Shown one piece after another: positions 55,625 to 64,000 of a stretch of 64,000 nt of DNA (positions are counted from its first letter, which is position 1; each line of letters begins with the position of its first letter). A program made the translations under genes and the position numbers. Origin of the DNA: an uncultured Spirochaetota bacterium. Lineage in GTDB: Bacteria; Spirochaetota; Spirochaetia; SZUA-6; Fen-1364. The notes below the pieces were generated by a model. It searched no databases, was not told where the DNA came from, and saw nothing but the letters and a program-made list of their open reading frames with translations. The stretch spans positions 224,001-288,000 of the forward strand of contig CAWGAA010000003.1 in the NCBI GenBank assembly GCA_963820525.1. Direction: 5' to 3'.

Positions 55625-57313
55625 TCATCCCGATTGCTTCGGCTGATGTCCGAATCTCAAAGCGGCGGTACCCTCAATTTTCGAAAGACCCTCAAGAAAC
55701 GAAGCCGGGACGGCATGCTCCCTGGCGAATCCTTTCAGCTGTTCGAGAGTTTCCGCAAAGACCGCGCGGTATTTGCGGTGAGCGAATGAGCCGAGAAGCC
55801 TCAGGATATCCCTGAAAAACCGCCTCTGGAGAGACGCGTCCGCCCCTCCGGCAATGAGCCGGATAAGCACGTCGATTTCCTCCCGTCTGTCCGTGACGCG
55901 ACAGGGGGAGAGCGCGGCAATCACGGCTTCCCGCGCGCGGCGGGAGACCAGCCGAAGGGACCGCGCAGGCTCAAGGAAGCGATAGAAGCCGCACATCGGC
56001 AAAAGCAGGGGCTCGTGCCCTCCGATCTGAATGGCGATGGCGTTTCCCTCTACGGCAAAGGCCTTCCTGATCCGATCGGGGTGAAACGATGAGCGAAGGA
56101 GCCTTTCCAGACCGGCCTCGAGCATCAGCTCTTCAAGCCGGCCGCGCCGCTCCGGTCCGGCTTTCAAGCGGCGGTCAACAACGAAGAGCAGCTCGAGGTT
56201 CCTTACCGTCCTTCCAATGCTCTGCTTTCCCCCGGGGTACTTCACGTAGTCCCGGGCGTGCACGGTGAGGCTGCCCGTTTCGGCCAGGATATCGGCCAGC
56301 TCCTCCACGCCGACGATGCCCTCGTCGCTGTAGCTCACGCAGAGGAAGCGGCAGTCCGCCGCGGCCGCGAGAGCACGAAAGGCGGCAGGGGCCGAGGCGG
56401 GGGAACAGAAAGCGGAGCGCGTTGTCACCCAGTCCTTGCGGATCCCCGCCTTCTCCATGAACCTGCCGTCCGCGGTCCGCTGCGAGCTCACATCCGGCTT
56501 GTCCCACAGGGCGATCGTCGTGAGCATGAAATAGTTGCTGCCGTACTGGTGGCCGGCGTAGGGGGGGTCCAGGTAGCAGATGTCGGATCCGTTTGAAGCG
56601 ACGAATCGCCGGGCATCCTCGCAGAAGACACGGGAGGGGCGGGGTGAGTCGACAAGAACCGGAGGCCGCATGGCGATGGGCGCCATGATCCGCTTCAGGG
56701 CATCCTTTCCATGGCCGCCGAACCCGCGGTGATACGCCTTGAAGACCCCCGATGTATTTGTGTGGGTGGCCGCTTCGTAGAGCAGGGGACCGAGGAGGAC
56801 CATCTTCTCCTTGAAGGCGGTTTCATCAGGCGGGATCCTCGGATACAACTCCTCGATGCGCTCGCGCACCGCGTCAATGAACAGCGCGTTCTCCGCCGTA
56901 TAGAAGAGCCGGTCCCTGCGCCAGTCCCCTTCAGCCGTGTTTTGCGGAGCGAAATGGCGGGCGATATAGCGCTTCTCGGCCGCGGGCGTGGGCAGGGCCG
57001 ACAGCTCCTTCAGCATCGCCGCAAGCCCGCCGCGGCATCGAAAGAGGCCGGCAAGCTCGCTCTCGCTCACCCCGATATAGCAGGAGTTGATGGCGAAGGC
57101 GTAGCGTTCCCAATCGTTGGCGAGAACGGAAAACCCCATGAGCCTGGCCAGGCGCGAGACCGAGCCGCTTCCGGCGAAAGGGTCCGAGAAAGTCACCTCT
57201 GCGCTTCCATCCGCCAGCCGGGAGAACACGCCATGGAGGAAGGGCAGAAGGGCGCGCTTGTTTCCGATATACGCGATGAGCTGCTCGTTGAGATAGGGAT
57301 GGCGCAGGTCCAT
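55625..57313 (-). CDS. Orphan N6-adenine DNA methyltransferase (D12-class-like) with C-terminal extension
   Basis: YIGNKRALL, DPFAGSGSV (motif I), YLDPPY (motif IV), SYSDEG. Probable start 57313. Confidence 0.85.
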   Translation of the reverse strand: MDLRHPYLNEQLIAYIGNKRALLPFLHGVFSRLADGSAEVTFSDPFAGSGSVSRLARLMGFSVLANDWERYAFAINSCYIGVSESELAGLFRCRGGLAAMLKELSALPTPAAEKRYIARHFAPQNTAEGDWRRDRLFYTAENALFIDAVRERIEELYPRIPPDETAFKEKMVLLGPLLYEAATHTNTSGVFKAYHRGFGGHGKDALKRIMAPIAMRPPVLVDSPRPSRVFCEDARRFVASNGSDICYLDPPYAGHQYGSNYFMLTTIALWDKPDVSSQRTADGRFMEKAGIRKDWVTTRSAFCSPASAPAAFRALAAAADCRFLCVSYSDEGIVGVEELADILAETGSLTVHARDYVKYPGGKQSIGRTVRNLELLFVVDRRLKAGPERRGRLEELMLEAGLERLLRSSFHPDRIRKAFAVEGNAIAIQIGGHEPLLLPMCGFYRFLEPARSLRLVSRRAREAVIAALSPCRVTDRREEIDVLIRLIAGGADASLQRRFFRDILRLLGSFAHRKYRAVFAETLEQLKGFAREHAVPASFLEGLSKIEGTAALRFGHQPKQSG

Positions 57314-57321
57314 TCGCCCCC

Positions 57322-57687
57322 TCAGTCCGGCGAGTAGGTGGCGCGGCTGCCCTCGGTCTCGAACACCTCCACCAGGGAGATCCTCACCGCCGGAAGCTCG
57401 CTTTTCATCCGCCTGAATACGAAGCGGGCAATCCTCTCCGCGCTGGGAGCGCCGTCCTGGAATTCGGGATGATCGTTGAGGCTCGTATGGTCGAGCTCCG
57501 CCGTGATTTTGCCCAGCGCGCCCTTGAGGATGACGAAGTCCACGAGCATGCCGCCCTCGCCGAGCTCCGCGCCGGATGCCGTGACGCGCACCCTGTAGTT
57601 GTGGCCGTGGAGCCGCTCGCACTTGCCGTGGTAGTCGGCGAGGAAGTGTGCGGCAGCGAAGACGTCCTCCACGCGAACCGTGTACAT
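57322..57687 (-). CDS. queD: 6-carboxytetrahydropterin synthase
   Basis: FAAAHFL, CERLHGHNY, GMLVDF, LDH, PSAERIA, VFET. Confidence 0.92.
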   Translation of the reverse strand: MYTVRVEDVFAAAHFLADYHGKCERLHGHNYRVRVTASGAELGEGGMLVDFVILKGALGKITAELDHTSLNDHPEFQDGAPSAERIARFVFRRMKSELPAVRISLVEVFETEGSRATYSPD

Positions 57688-57870
57688 GCCTTTTCAGTTT
57701 CCTTCCAAGCAACTATTCTTTCCGCGGCGGCCGCCTGTCAAGTGGCGGGGGCGCACCGCTTGCGCGGCCGACGATGTGTCCCCTCCACGGCCGGCGCGCC
57801 ACTTGCGCGGCCGACGCACCCGGCAGCGCGCTCCCTTGATTCGAAGGCGGTCGATTGTTAGCATGTGCCG

Positions 57871-59394
57871 ATGCCGAAAACCCTGAGGGAGCTCGCCGGC
57901 TCCCTGCCGCAGCTTGAGATTTCGGGTGACGCGGACCGTCCCATCACGGGAATCGCCTACGATTCCCGCGACGTGAAGAACGGCTTCATCTTCGTCGCGC
58001 TGGATGGGCTTCACACCGACGGACATCGCTTCATCCCGGACGCGGTCCGCCGCGGAGCCGCGGCAGTCGTTCACGCGAGGCCGGTCAGAGCGAAGGCGGA
58101 CGGGGTGGGCTATGCCCGCGTCGCCGATACCAGATCGTTCCTCTCCCCCCTTTCAGCGGCTTTCTTCGACAATCCATCCCGCGCTCTCAAGGTCATCGGC
58201 GTGACGGGCACCGATGGAAAGAGCTCCACGGTGTGGTTCATCCAGCAGATCCTCCAGGCCCTGGGGAAACGCTCGGGATTCCTCTCCACGGTAAACTTCC
58301 AGACCGACGCGGACATGGTGAAGAATCCCTTCCGTCAGTCGACGCCCGAGGCCTCCGAAATCCATGGGATGCTCGCGGAGATGGCGGCCAACGGCAAGGA
58401 GTACGCCGTGGTCGAGGCAACCTCTCACGGGCTCTCCCCGAAGACAAACCGCCTGGGAGACGTGCTATTCGACGCGGCGGTGATGACCAATGTCACGCAC
58501 GAGCACCTCGAGTTCCACGGAAGCTTCGAGCAGTACCGCTCGGACAAGGCGAACCTCTTCCGCGCTCTGGAACGCTCAGGCGGCAAGCCTTTCTCCTGCC
58601 CGCGCTTCGGCGTGGTGAACGCGGATGATCCCAGCCAGGAATACTTCAGGGGATGCACGCATCTTCCCGTCTACCTCTACAGCGCCCGGGGGCCCGCGGA
58701 CCTCGCGGCCGAGGCCAGCGAAACCGATATTTCAGGCTGCTCCTTCACGATGGCTTACAAGGGAGCCCGCAGGCATGCCCGCATTCGGATTCCCGGGCCT
58801 TTCTGGGTGGAGAATGCGCTGGCCGCATGCCTTGCCGTCTCCCAGATCCTCTCCGTGGATCCTCTGGACCTGGCGCCCGGCCTGGCTCGCCTGCGCGGCG
58901 TCAAGGGAAGGATGGAGAGCGTGGAGCTGGGCCAGCCCTTCACCGTCATCGTGGATTATGCCCACACGCCCGGCGCCTTCGAGAAGCTCCTTCCCTGGGT
59001 GAAAGCGAACACCCGCGGAAGGCTCATCACGGTGTTCGGCTCCGCCGGGGAGAGGGATCTCGAGAAGCGTCCCATGCAGGGACGGATTGCGGCTGAAAGC
59101 GGCGATATCCTCGTCCTGACGGATGAGGACCCGCGCGGGGAGGATCGTGAATCGATCCTCGAGCAGATCGCGGCCGGGTGCCCGGGAAGGCGCAGGGGCG
59201 AGGACCTTTACCTGATTGCCGACCGCCCCGCGGCCATTCGCCGCGCTTTCTCCATCGCTGCCCCGGGGGACGCGGTTCTCCTCCTCGGAAAGGGGCACGA
59301 GGGAAGCATAATCTTCGCCGACGGCCCCCGCGAATACGACGAGAGAACCGAGGCTGAAAAGGCGCTCGCCGAGATGGGATTCGCCCGGCCCTGA
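57871..59394 (+). CDS. murE: UDP-MurNAc-tripeptide synthetase
   Basis: GVTGTDGKSS, EATSHGL, HEHLEFH, VDYAHTP, LLGKGHE. Confidence 0.93.
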   Translation: MPKTLRELAGSLPQLEISGDADRPITGIAYDSRDVKNGFIFVALDGLHTDGHRFIPDAVRRGAAAVVHARPVRAKADGVGYARVADTRSFLSPLSAAFFDNPSRALKVIGVTGTDGKSSTVWFIQQILQALGKRSGFLSTVNFQTDADMVKNPFRQSTPEASEIHGMLAEMAANGKEYAVVEATSHGLSPKTNRLGDVLFDAAVMTNVTHEHLEFHGSFEQYRSDKANLFRALERSGGKPFSCPRFGVVNADDPSQEYFRGCTHLPVYLYSARGPADLAAEASETDISGCSFTMAYKGARRHARIRIPGPFWVENALAACLAVSQILSVDPLDLAPGLARLRGVKGRMESVELGQPFTVIVDYAHTPGAFEKLLPWVKANTRGRLITVFGSAGERDLEKRPMQGRIAAESGDILVLTDEDPRGEDRESILEQIAAGCPGRRRGEDLYLIADRPAAIRRAFSIAAPGDAVLLLGKGHEGSIIFADGPREYDERTEAEKALAEMGFARP

Positions 59395-59525
59395 TCGGGG
59401 CCGCGCTTGGGCGCCGCTCAAAGCGGCCGCACAGGGCAGCATGCGGCCGCCCCCCTTGGGCGCCGCGTATCGGCCGCCCCCGCGGCGGACGCAGCTTGGA
59501 GCCTATCGATCAAGGAGTGAGACTG

Positions 59526-60614
59526 ATGAAGGTATGCGTCCTGTACGGCGGAAAGTCGGGAGAGCACGAGGTGTCCCTGAGGTCCGCCGCGTCAGTTGCG
59601 AAGAACCTGGATCCGGAAAAATACGAGATTGCGGCCGTCGGCATCGACAAGAGCGGCAGGTGGTTCCTCCAGGGCAAGCTCACGACAAAAAGCGGCCCCG
59701 AGGGCAACTCGCTTCTTGTAGCGGATACCTCCCAGATCGTCTCCTGCGTTCCCGGCGAAGGCCTGTTCGCCGGCGGCAGGCGGCTGGACGTGGCGTGCGC
59801 CTTTCCCGTCCTGCACGGGACCTACGGCGAGGACGGGACGGTTCAGGGGCTGCTCGAGCTTGCCGGGATTCCCTACGTCGGAGCCGGGGTGCTTGCAAGC
59901 TCCGTCTCGCTGGACAAGGAGAAGACAAAGTGCCTCTGGAGGGACGCGGGGCTTCCCGTCCTCGAGTTCTCCGTGGTGGGCGCCCGCCATGCGCCGGCCG
60001 AGCGGCTGGAAGCTGCGCGGCGCGTCGGCTTTCCGGTGTTCGTGAAGCCCTGCTCGGCAGGCTCATCCCTGGGCGCTTCCCGCGCGCGCACCGAGGGGGA
60101 CCTCGATGGGGCGATTCAGGAGGCGCTGCGCTACGACACGCGGGCGCTCGTCGAGCGCTTCGTCGACGCCAGGGAGATCGAGTGCTCGGTGATCGGAAAC
60201 CACTCACCGCGCGCTTTCCTGCCGGGAGAGGTGGTCCCCTCTCAAGCTCACCCCTTCTACGATTACGAGGCGAAATACACGGATCCCGACGGCGCGGCGC
60301 TCGTCGCTCCGGCCAGGCTGCCTCCCGAAGTCCAGGACCGGGTCATGCGCATGGCCGAGGCGGCATACGGCGCGGTGGGCTGCGAAGGCATGGCGCGCAT
60401 CGATTTCTTCCTTATAAAAGATTCCGGTGGAATCGTTTTGAACGAGATCAACACGATCCCCGGGTTCACAAGCATCAGCATGTTCCCGCGGATGTGCGAG
60501 ACTTCCGGGCTGTCGTATGGGAAGCTCCTCGACACCCTCATCGATCTCGCGATGGAGCGCGACAGGGAGCGAGCGAGCGTCTCATACTCGTTTGAAATCA
60601 CTCCGGGCGCTTGA
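59526..60614 (+). CDS. ddl: D-alanine--D-alanine ligase
   Basis: GGKSGEHEVS, LHGTYGEDG, FYDYEAKY, NEINTIPGFT. Confidence 0.95.
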   Translation: MKVCVLYGGKSGEHEVSLRSAASVAKNLDPEKYEIAAVGIDKSGRWFLQGKLTTKSGPEGNSLLVADTSQIVSCVPGEGLFAGGRRLDVACAFPVLHGTYGEDGTVQGLLELAGIPYVGAGVLASSVSLDKEKTKCLWRDAGLPVLEFSVVGARHAPAERLEAARRVGFPVFVKPCSAGSSLGASRARTEGDLDGAIQEALRYDTRALVERFVDAREIECSVIGNHSPRAFLPGEVVPSQAHPFYDYEAKYTDPDGAALVAPARLPPEVQDRVMRMAEAAYGAVGCEGMARIDFFLIKDSGGIVLNEINTIPGFTSISMFPRMCETSGLSYGKLLDTLIDLAMERDRERASVSYSFEITPGA

Positions 60615-60670
60615 CCGGCCGGCGCATTTATGCGACTAGTATAGCAGCAAACGTTGGAAGGAGAGTGGAA

Positions 60671-60928
60671 ATGGGCTGGAATACGGCATATCTGGTGATC
60701 TCGATAATCGCGGGCGTCCTGGGCATCTGGAACCTCGCCCGACAGAGGAATGTTTTCCTCGCCATCACGGGGATCTTTTGGTTCCTGGTGGTTCTGTTTC
60801 AGTTCTATGTTCCCCGGGTCTACAACTACGTTCTCATTTCCGGTCTCCCCGAAGTCGGTATTCTTCTGACCTTCGTCCTCGTCCCCGTATTCCTGATCCT
60901 CGCATTTTTCGCGAGCAACCGGCGTTAG
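60671..60928 (+). CDS. Small membrane protein
   Basis: AAGGAG RBS; 85 aa with three hydrophobic segments. Confidence 0.65.
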   Translation: MGWNTAYLVISIIAGVLGIWNLARQRNVFLAITGIFWFLVVLFQFYVPRVYNYVLISGLPEVGILLTFVLVPVFLILAFFASNRR

Positions 60929-61995
60929 TCGGACGCATCGATGTCAAACGGACGCCCGGTGAGCCTTTCCAATGCCCACCGGGCCGCTTCCCTCACTCCA
61001 GGGGCGGCATCATCGGTATGACGGCTCACGGCTTCGGCCAGCGAGGTTTCCCGCCTGTTTCCCGCCGCAATCAGGGCATTGCGAAGAAGCGCTTGGGTTG
61101 AAACCCACGACATCCCCATCGGCGTTTTCTTGAAGAATGCGCGCATCCCCTCGATATCCAGCGAGAGGATCGTGCGAAGGGGCACGCTCGGCCCGATCTC
61201 TCCCCTGCTCACGCGGCTTTCTTCACCGGCAGCCTCATTATAGGGACACGCGGACTGGCAGTCCTGGCAGCCGTAGAGACGGGAGCCCCATGCCTCACGT
61301 GCCTTGGGGGCAAACGGCACGGCCCGTGAAGCAAGGCCCTGGAGACAGCGATCGGGATCGACGAGCCCCCGTTCGACGATCGCGCCGGCGGGACACGCCT
61401 CCACGCACAGGGCGCAGGAACCGCACGGGTCCTCCGCAGCCGTGAAGGCCGAGGCCGGCATCTGTCGGGAGGGTATGGGGAGGACCGCTCCCGCGATCAC
61501 GAAGCGCGAACCGAGGACGGGAGCGATGGCCAGGCCGTTTGAGCCGATCCAAGCCAGCCCCGCGGCGGCCAGGAGAGGCTTCTCCGGAATCCGCGAGTTT
61601 GAAAAGATCCGGACGCTCTTGCGAGGGATGGAAAGCTCCGCGATAAATGGGGAAAGAGCGCTTCGAAGCATGGAAGCGGCCGCGGCGTAGAAGTTTCTTC
61701 TGGCAAAGGGCGCGATCAGGGCGTGGGGATCTTCCGGGGTCGAAAGGTCATCGGGCTCGGCTCGGAAAGTGGACAGGGCGCACACGAGGATGGAATGGCT
61801 TTCGGCCCATCCCTCCGGCTGGAGCACCCAGTCCAGCTCCATCTCCTGGAGTCCCGGTTTTTCGTACCATCCGCGCCCGCGAAGCGCGGCCGTCCGAGGG
61901 GCGAACGCGCCGAGGCGGCGCGGATCCACGAACCCCGCGAAGGAGAATCCGGCCTCCCGAGCGAGACGTGATGGGTCGAGGGATGCAGCCGTCAG
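60925..61995 (-). CDS. Epoxyqueuosine reductase QueG-like 4Fe-4S protein
   Basis: [51 protein letters not shown]. Start uncertain. Confidence 0.8.
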   Translation of the reverse strand: MTAASLDPSRLAREAGFSFAGFVDPRRLGAFAPRTAALRGRGWYEKPGLQEMELDWVLQPEGWAESHSILVCALSTFRAEPDDLSTPEDPHALIAPFARRNFYAAAASMLRSALSPFIAELSIPRKSVRIFSNSRIPEKPLLAAAGLAWIGSNGLAIAPVLGSRFVIAGAVLPIPSRQMPASAFTAAEDPCGSCALCVEACPAGAIVERGLVDPDRCLQGLASRAVPFAPKAREAWGSRLYGCQDCQSACPYNEAAGEESRVSRGEIGPSVPLRTILSLDIEGMRAFFKKTPMGMSWVSTQALLRNALIAAGNRRETSLAEAVSRHTDDAAPGVREAARWALERLTGRPFDIDASD

Positions 61996-62156
61996 TCCGA
62001 TGCCTTCTCGAAATCTTCCTTGCCCGCGCCGCACACGGGGCAGACCCAGTCGGCGGGGAGGTTTTCGAAAGGAGTGCCGGGTTGTACGCCATTGGCGGGA
62101 TCGCCAACCGCGGGGTCGTATATGTATCCGCACACCGTGCAAACCCACTTCTGCAT
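61992..62156 (-). CDS. Rubredoxin
   Basis: [31 protein letters not shown]. Confidence 0.95.
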   Translation of the reverse strand: MQKWVCTVCGYIYDPAVGDPANGVQPGTPFENLPADWVCPVCGAGKEDFEKASD

Positions 62157-62296
62157 ACCTGCTCCTTTCTTCGCGGGGATACTACAGGAAAGGGGCGGGA
62201 TGTTCAATCCACGGGGGCTCGTGACGGCCCGCCGGGCTCCGCCGCCCATTCCGCCAAGATTGACAGCGCGCGGCGTTTCCCATAGGATTGCCTACC

Positions 62297-63865
62297 ATGG
62301 ACCCCCAGAGTCCGGAGGTGCCCGTCGTCCAGAAGACCGACGCCAAGGCGGCGGCGCAGCCCGGATTTTTCGAGAAGCTCTTCTCTTTCCTCCTCGTAAA
62401 CAATGACCCGGAGCGGCAGAAGCAGAAGCTGCTCAAGCAGATCGGCAAGGAGCTCAAGAAAAATCGTCCCCGCTACTTCAACCCGGCGCAGGGCCTCGCC
62501 GAACCGTCCCTGGCCCGCTTCTTCTACGAGTTCTACAAGGCATTCGCTCCGGCGCAGCTCCTCCTCCGCGGCGCGAGGGAGTCCGGCGTGCTGAAATCGA
62601 TCATCGTGGATCTGTCCCTGAGCGAGGACCAGGCCGGGATGAAGGAGCGGCTCTCCGAGAAGTCGATCGAGGAGCGGGCCAGGAGCGCGGATCCCACGAG
62701 CATCTCCGAGCAGCTGAAGGAGGAGGCGCACCGCTTCGTCCAGAGCTTCGACGTGAACTCGATGAACGAGATCGACGCCTCATACAATCGGATGGCGGTG
62801 CTCCTGGACCTGGCGGCCTTCGACTACTACTTCCTCCTTCGCAAGTTCGACTCCGCCATTCCCGAGCGGGACTTCAACTACCGGTCCCGCTTCGAAACCA
62901 TCAACTGCGAGTATGTCCTGGATGAGCTGAAGGACTTCCTGGAGATCATCCCCTCCGTGGACCCCGAGGCGGACTGGGAGCAGCTCCTGGCCATCCTGAA
63001 GGAATACCGGGGCGTGGAGGTTGTCTCGAGCGAGGGAATGCGCAAGGTGACGCAGCTCGTGCGGGACGTGCAGCGCTCCGGGGTGCTCCTCTCCATCGTC
63101 CGCTACATGGACAAGAACCCCTGGTACAAGCCCCTCCTGCGGGGGCATTACGAGCGCATCGTGGAGTCCTACATCACCAAGGTGAAAAGCCAGGCGGAGA
63201 TGACCATCGAAAAGATCGCCCAGAGCAGGAGGAGCCAGAAGCTCCAGGAGCTCACCCAACTCGTGTTCGGGACCGCCTCCGTCTCGCGCCTGCTCAACTA
63301 CTCCGAGAAGACGAACATGACCTTCTCGAAGAAGATGCTGGGCGGCTTCATCCACGTCTCCACGCTCAACTACCTCAAGGCGTTCCTCCTCGACTATTTC
63401 AAGAAGAACATCCGGGAGATCGTGGACCTGCTTCTTATCAAGGGCAAATGGGCCAACAACCAGCCCTCGCAGGCCGTCTCCGAGGCGTATCACCAGCTTT
63501 TGAAGATCTCGGAGGCCATCTCGCGCTTCGACGAGGCGCTTGCCGAGGACGGGGATCTGGGACGCAAGATGAAGAACGTGGTGGTGCGGGCAGACAGGGA
63601 CAAGAAGGCCATCACGAACCTGCGGGCCCTGCTCCAGGAGATCAACGACCAGGCCTGGAGCATGATCCAGGAGGCCGTGCAGCACCTGGTGGCCATCGGC
63701 AAGATCCTCAAGCTCGTCTACGAGGATTACGGCAAGACCCACTCCGAGCTCATCATCAACTGGCGCGAGCTGAAGTCCATGACGGACAAGGACATCAGGA
63801 ACCTCGTGGCCTCGGTGTACAAGCAGATCTACAACTTCGTCCAGCTCATCCAGTACTGCCGGTAG
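62297..63865 (+). CDS. Conserved alpha-helical protein, DUF5312-like (spirochaete-type)
   Basis: Long ORF with host codon usage; FDYYFLLRKFD and LIINWREL motifs. Family assignment from recall. Confidence 0.65.
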   Translation: MDPQSPEVPVVQKTDAKAAAQPGFFEKLFSFLLVNNDPERQKQKLLKQIGKELKKNRPRYFNPAQGLAEPSLARFFYEFYKAFAPAQLLLRGARESGVLKSIIVDLSLSEDQAGMKERLSEKSIEERARSADPTSISEQLKEEAHRFVQSFDVNSMNEIDASYNRMAVLLDLAAFDYYFLLRKFDSAIPERDFNYRSRFETINCEYVLDELKDFLEIIPSVDPEADWEQLLAILKEYRGVEVVSSEGMRKVTQLVRDVQRSGVLLSIVRYMDKNPWYKPLLRGHYERIVESYITKVKSQAEMTIEKIAQSRRSQKLQELTQLVFGTASVSRLLNYSEKTNMTFSKKMLGGFIHVSTLNYLKAFLLDYFKKNIREIVDLLLIKGKWANNQPSQAVSEAYHQLLKISEAISRFDEALAEDGDLGRKMKNVVVRADRDKKAITNLRALLQEINDQAWSMIQEAVQHLVAIGKILKLVYEDYGKTHSELIINWRELKSMTDKDIRNLVASVYKQIYNFVQLIQYCR

Positions 63866-63888
63866 GACCCGCGGCGACGCCCGCAGCC

Positions 63889-64000
63889 TCACGCGCCCGC
63901 GCTCTGGATCGACATCACCGAGGGGATGGTCCGCAGGCTCTTCATGACCTTGCCGAAGTCCTCGCGGTTGTCCAGCTCCACCGTGAAGGAGCCCCGCAGC
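63889..64000 (-). CDS. 3' end of a gene with a C-terminal ACT-like domain (possibly RelA/SpoT family), partial
   Basis: Reads LRGSFTVELDNREDFGKVMKSLRTIPSVMSIQSAGA*. Confidence 0.5.
   Translation of the reverse strand, partial: LRGSFTVELDNREDFGKVMKSLRTIPSVMSIQSAGA

Noticed and set aside
55625..62148. Dpd-type 7-deazaguanine DNA modification system (queD, queG-like, MTase)
   Set aside because: No dpdA/tgt-like, queC or queE gene is in the window; ordinary queuosine tRNA pathway genes explain it.

Overview
GC-rich bacterial DNA, most consistent with a Spirochaetota genome or MAG (DUF5312-like gene, FemAB plus a non-DNPR MurE). Family assignments come from motif recognition only; no searches were run. 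1-9.6 kb: a partly AT-rich surface-protein locus with a >2539-codon secreted protein that runs off the window edge (absent from the ORF track) and a frameshifted lipoprotein. 9.6-15.4 kb: a nest of mobile elements. A class C group II intron (9982-15358, minus) sits directly behind a rho-independent terminator. Its RT gene is interrupted exactly at the conserved GIPTV motif by a 3.5-kb large-serine-recombinase element with an 11-bp duplicated core, and that element carries an IS200 insertion. A second, 3'-truncated class C intron starts 6 nt after the first ends. The most notable result: joining the element's ends in silico restores a 456-aa RT, builds a symmetric attP, and fuses an orphan RBS+ATG at the right end in frame to the DUF5372-like ORF at the left end, so that gene appears complete only on the excised circle. 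15.4-64 kb: mostly housekeeping and metabolic genes (ldh, rbsK, valS, xylA-like, leuB, lysA, cheBR, metG, hflKC, queD, murE, ddl, queG-like), a decayed defence islet (vapBC, AbiEii-like pair, cas3 stub, WYL regulator), cheA and GH53 remnants, and several single-base frameshifts that are probably assembly errors.
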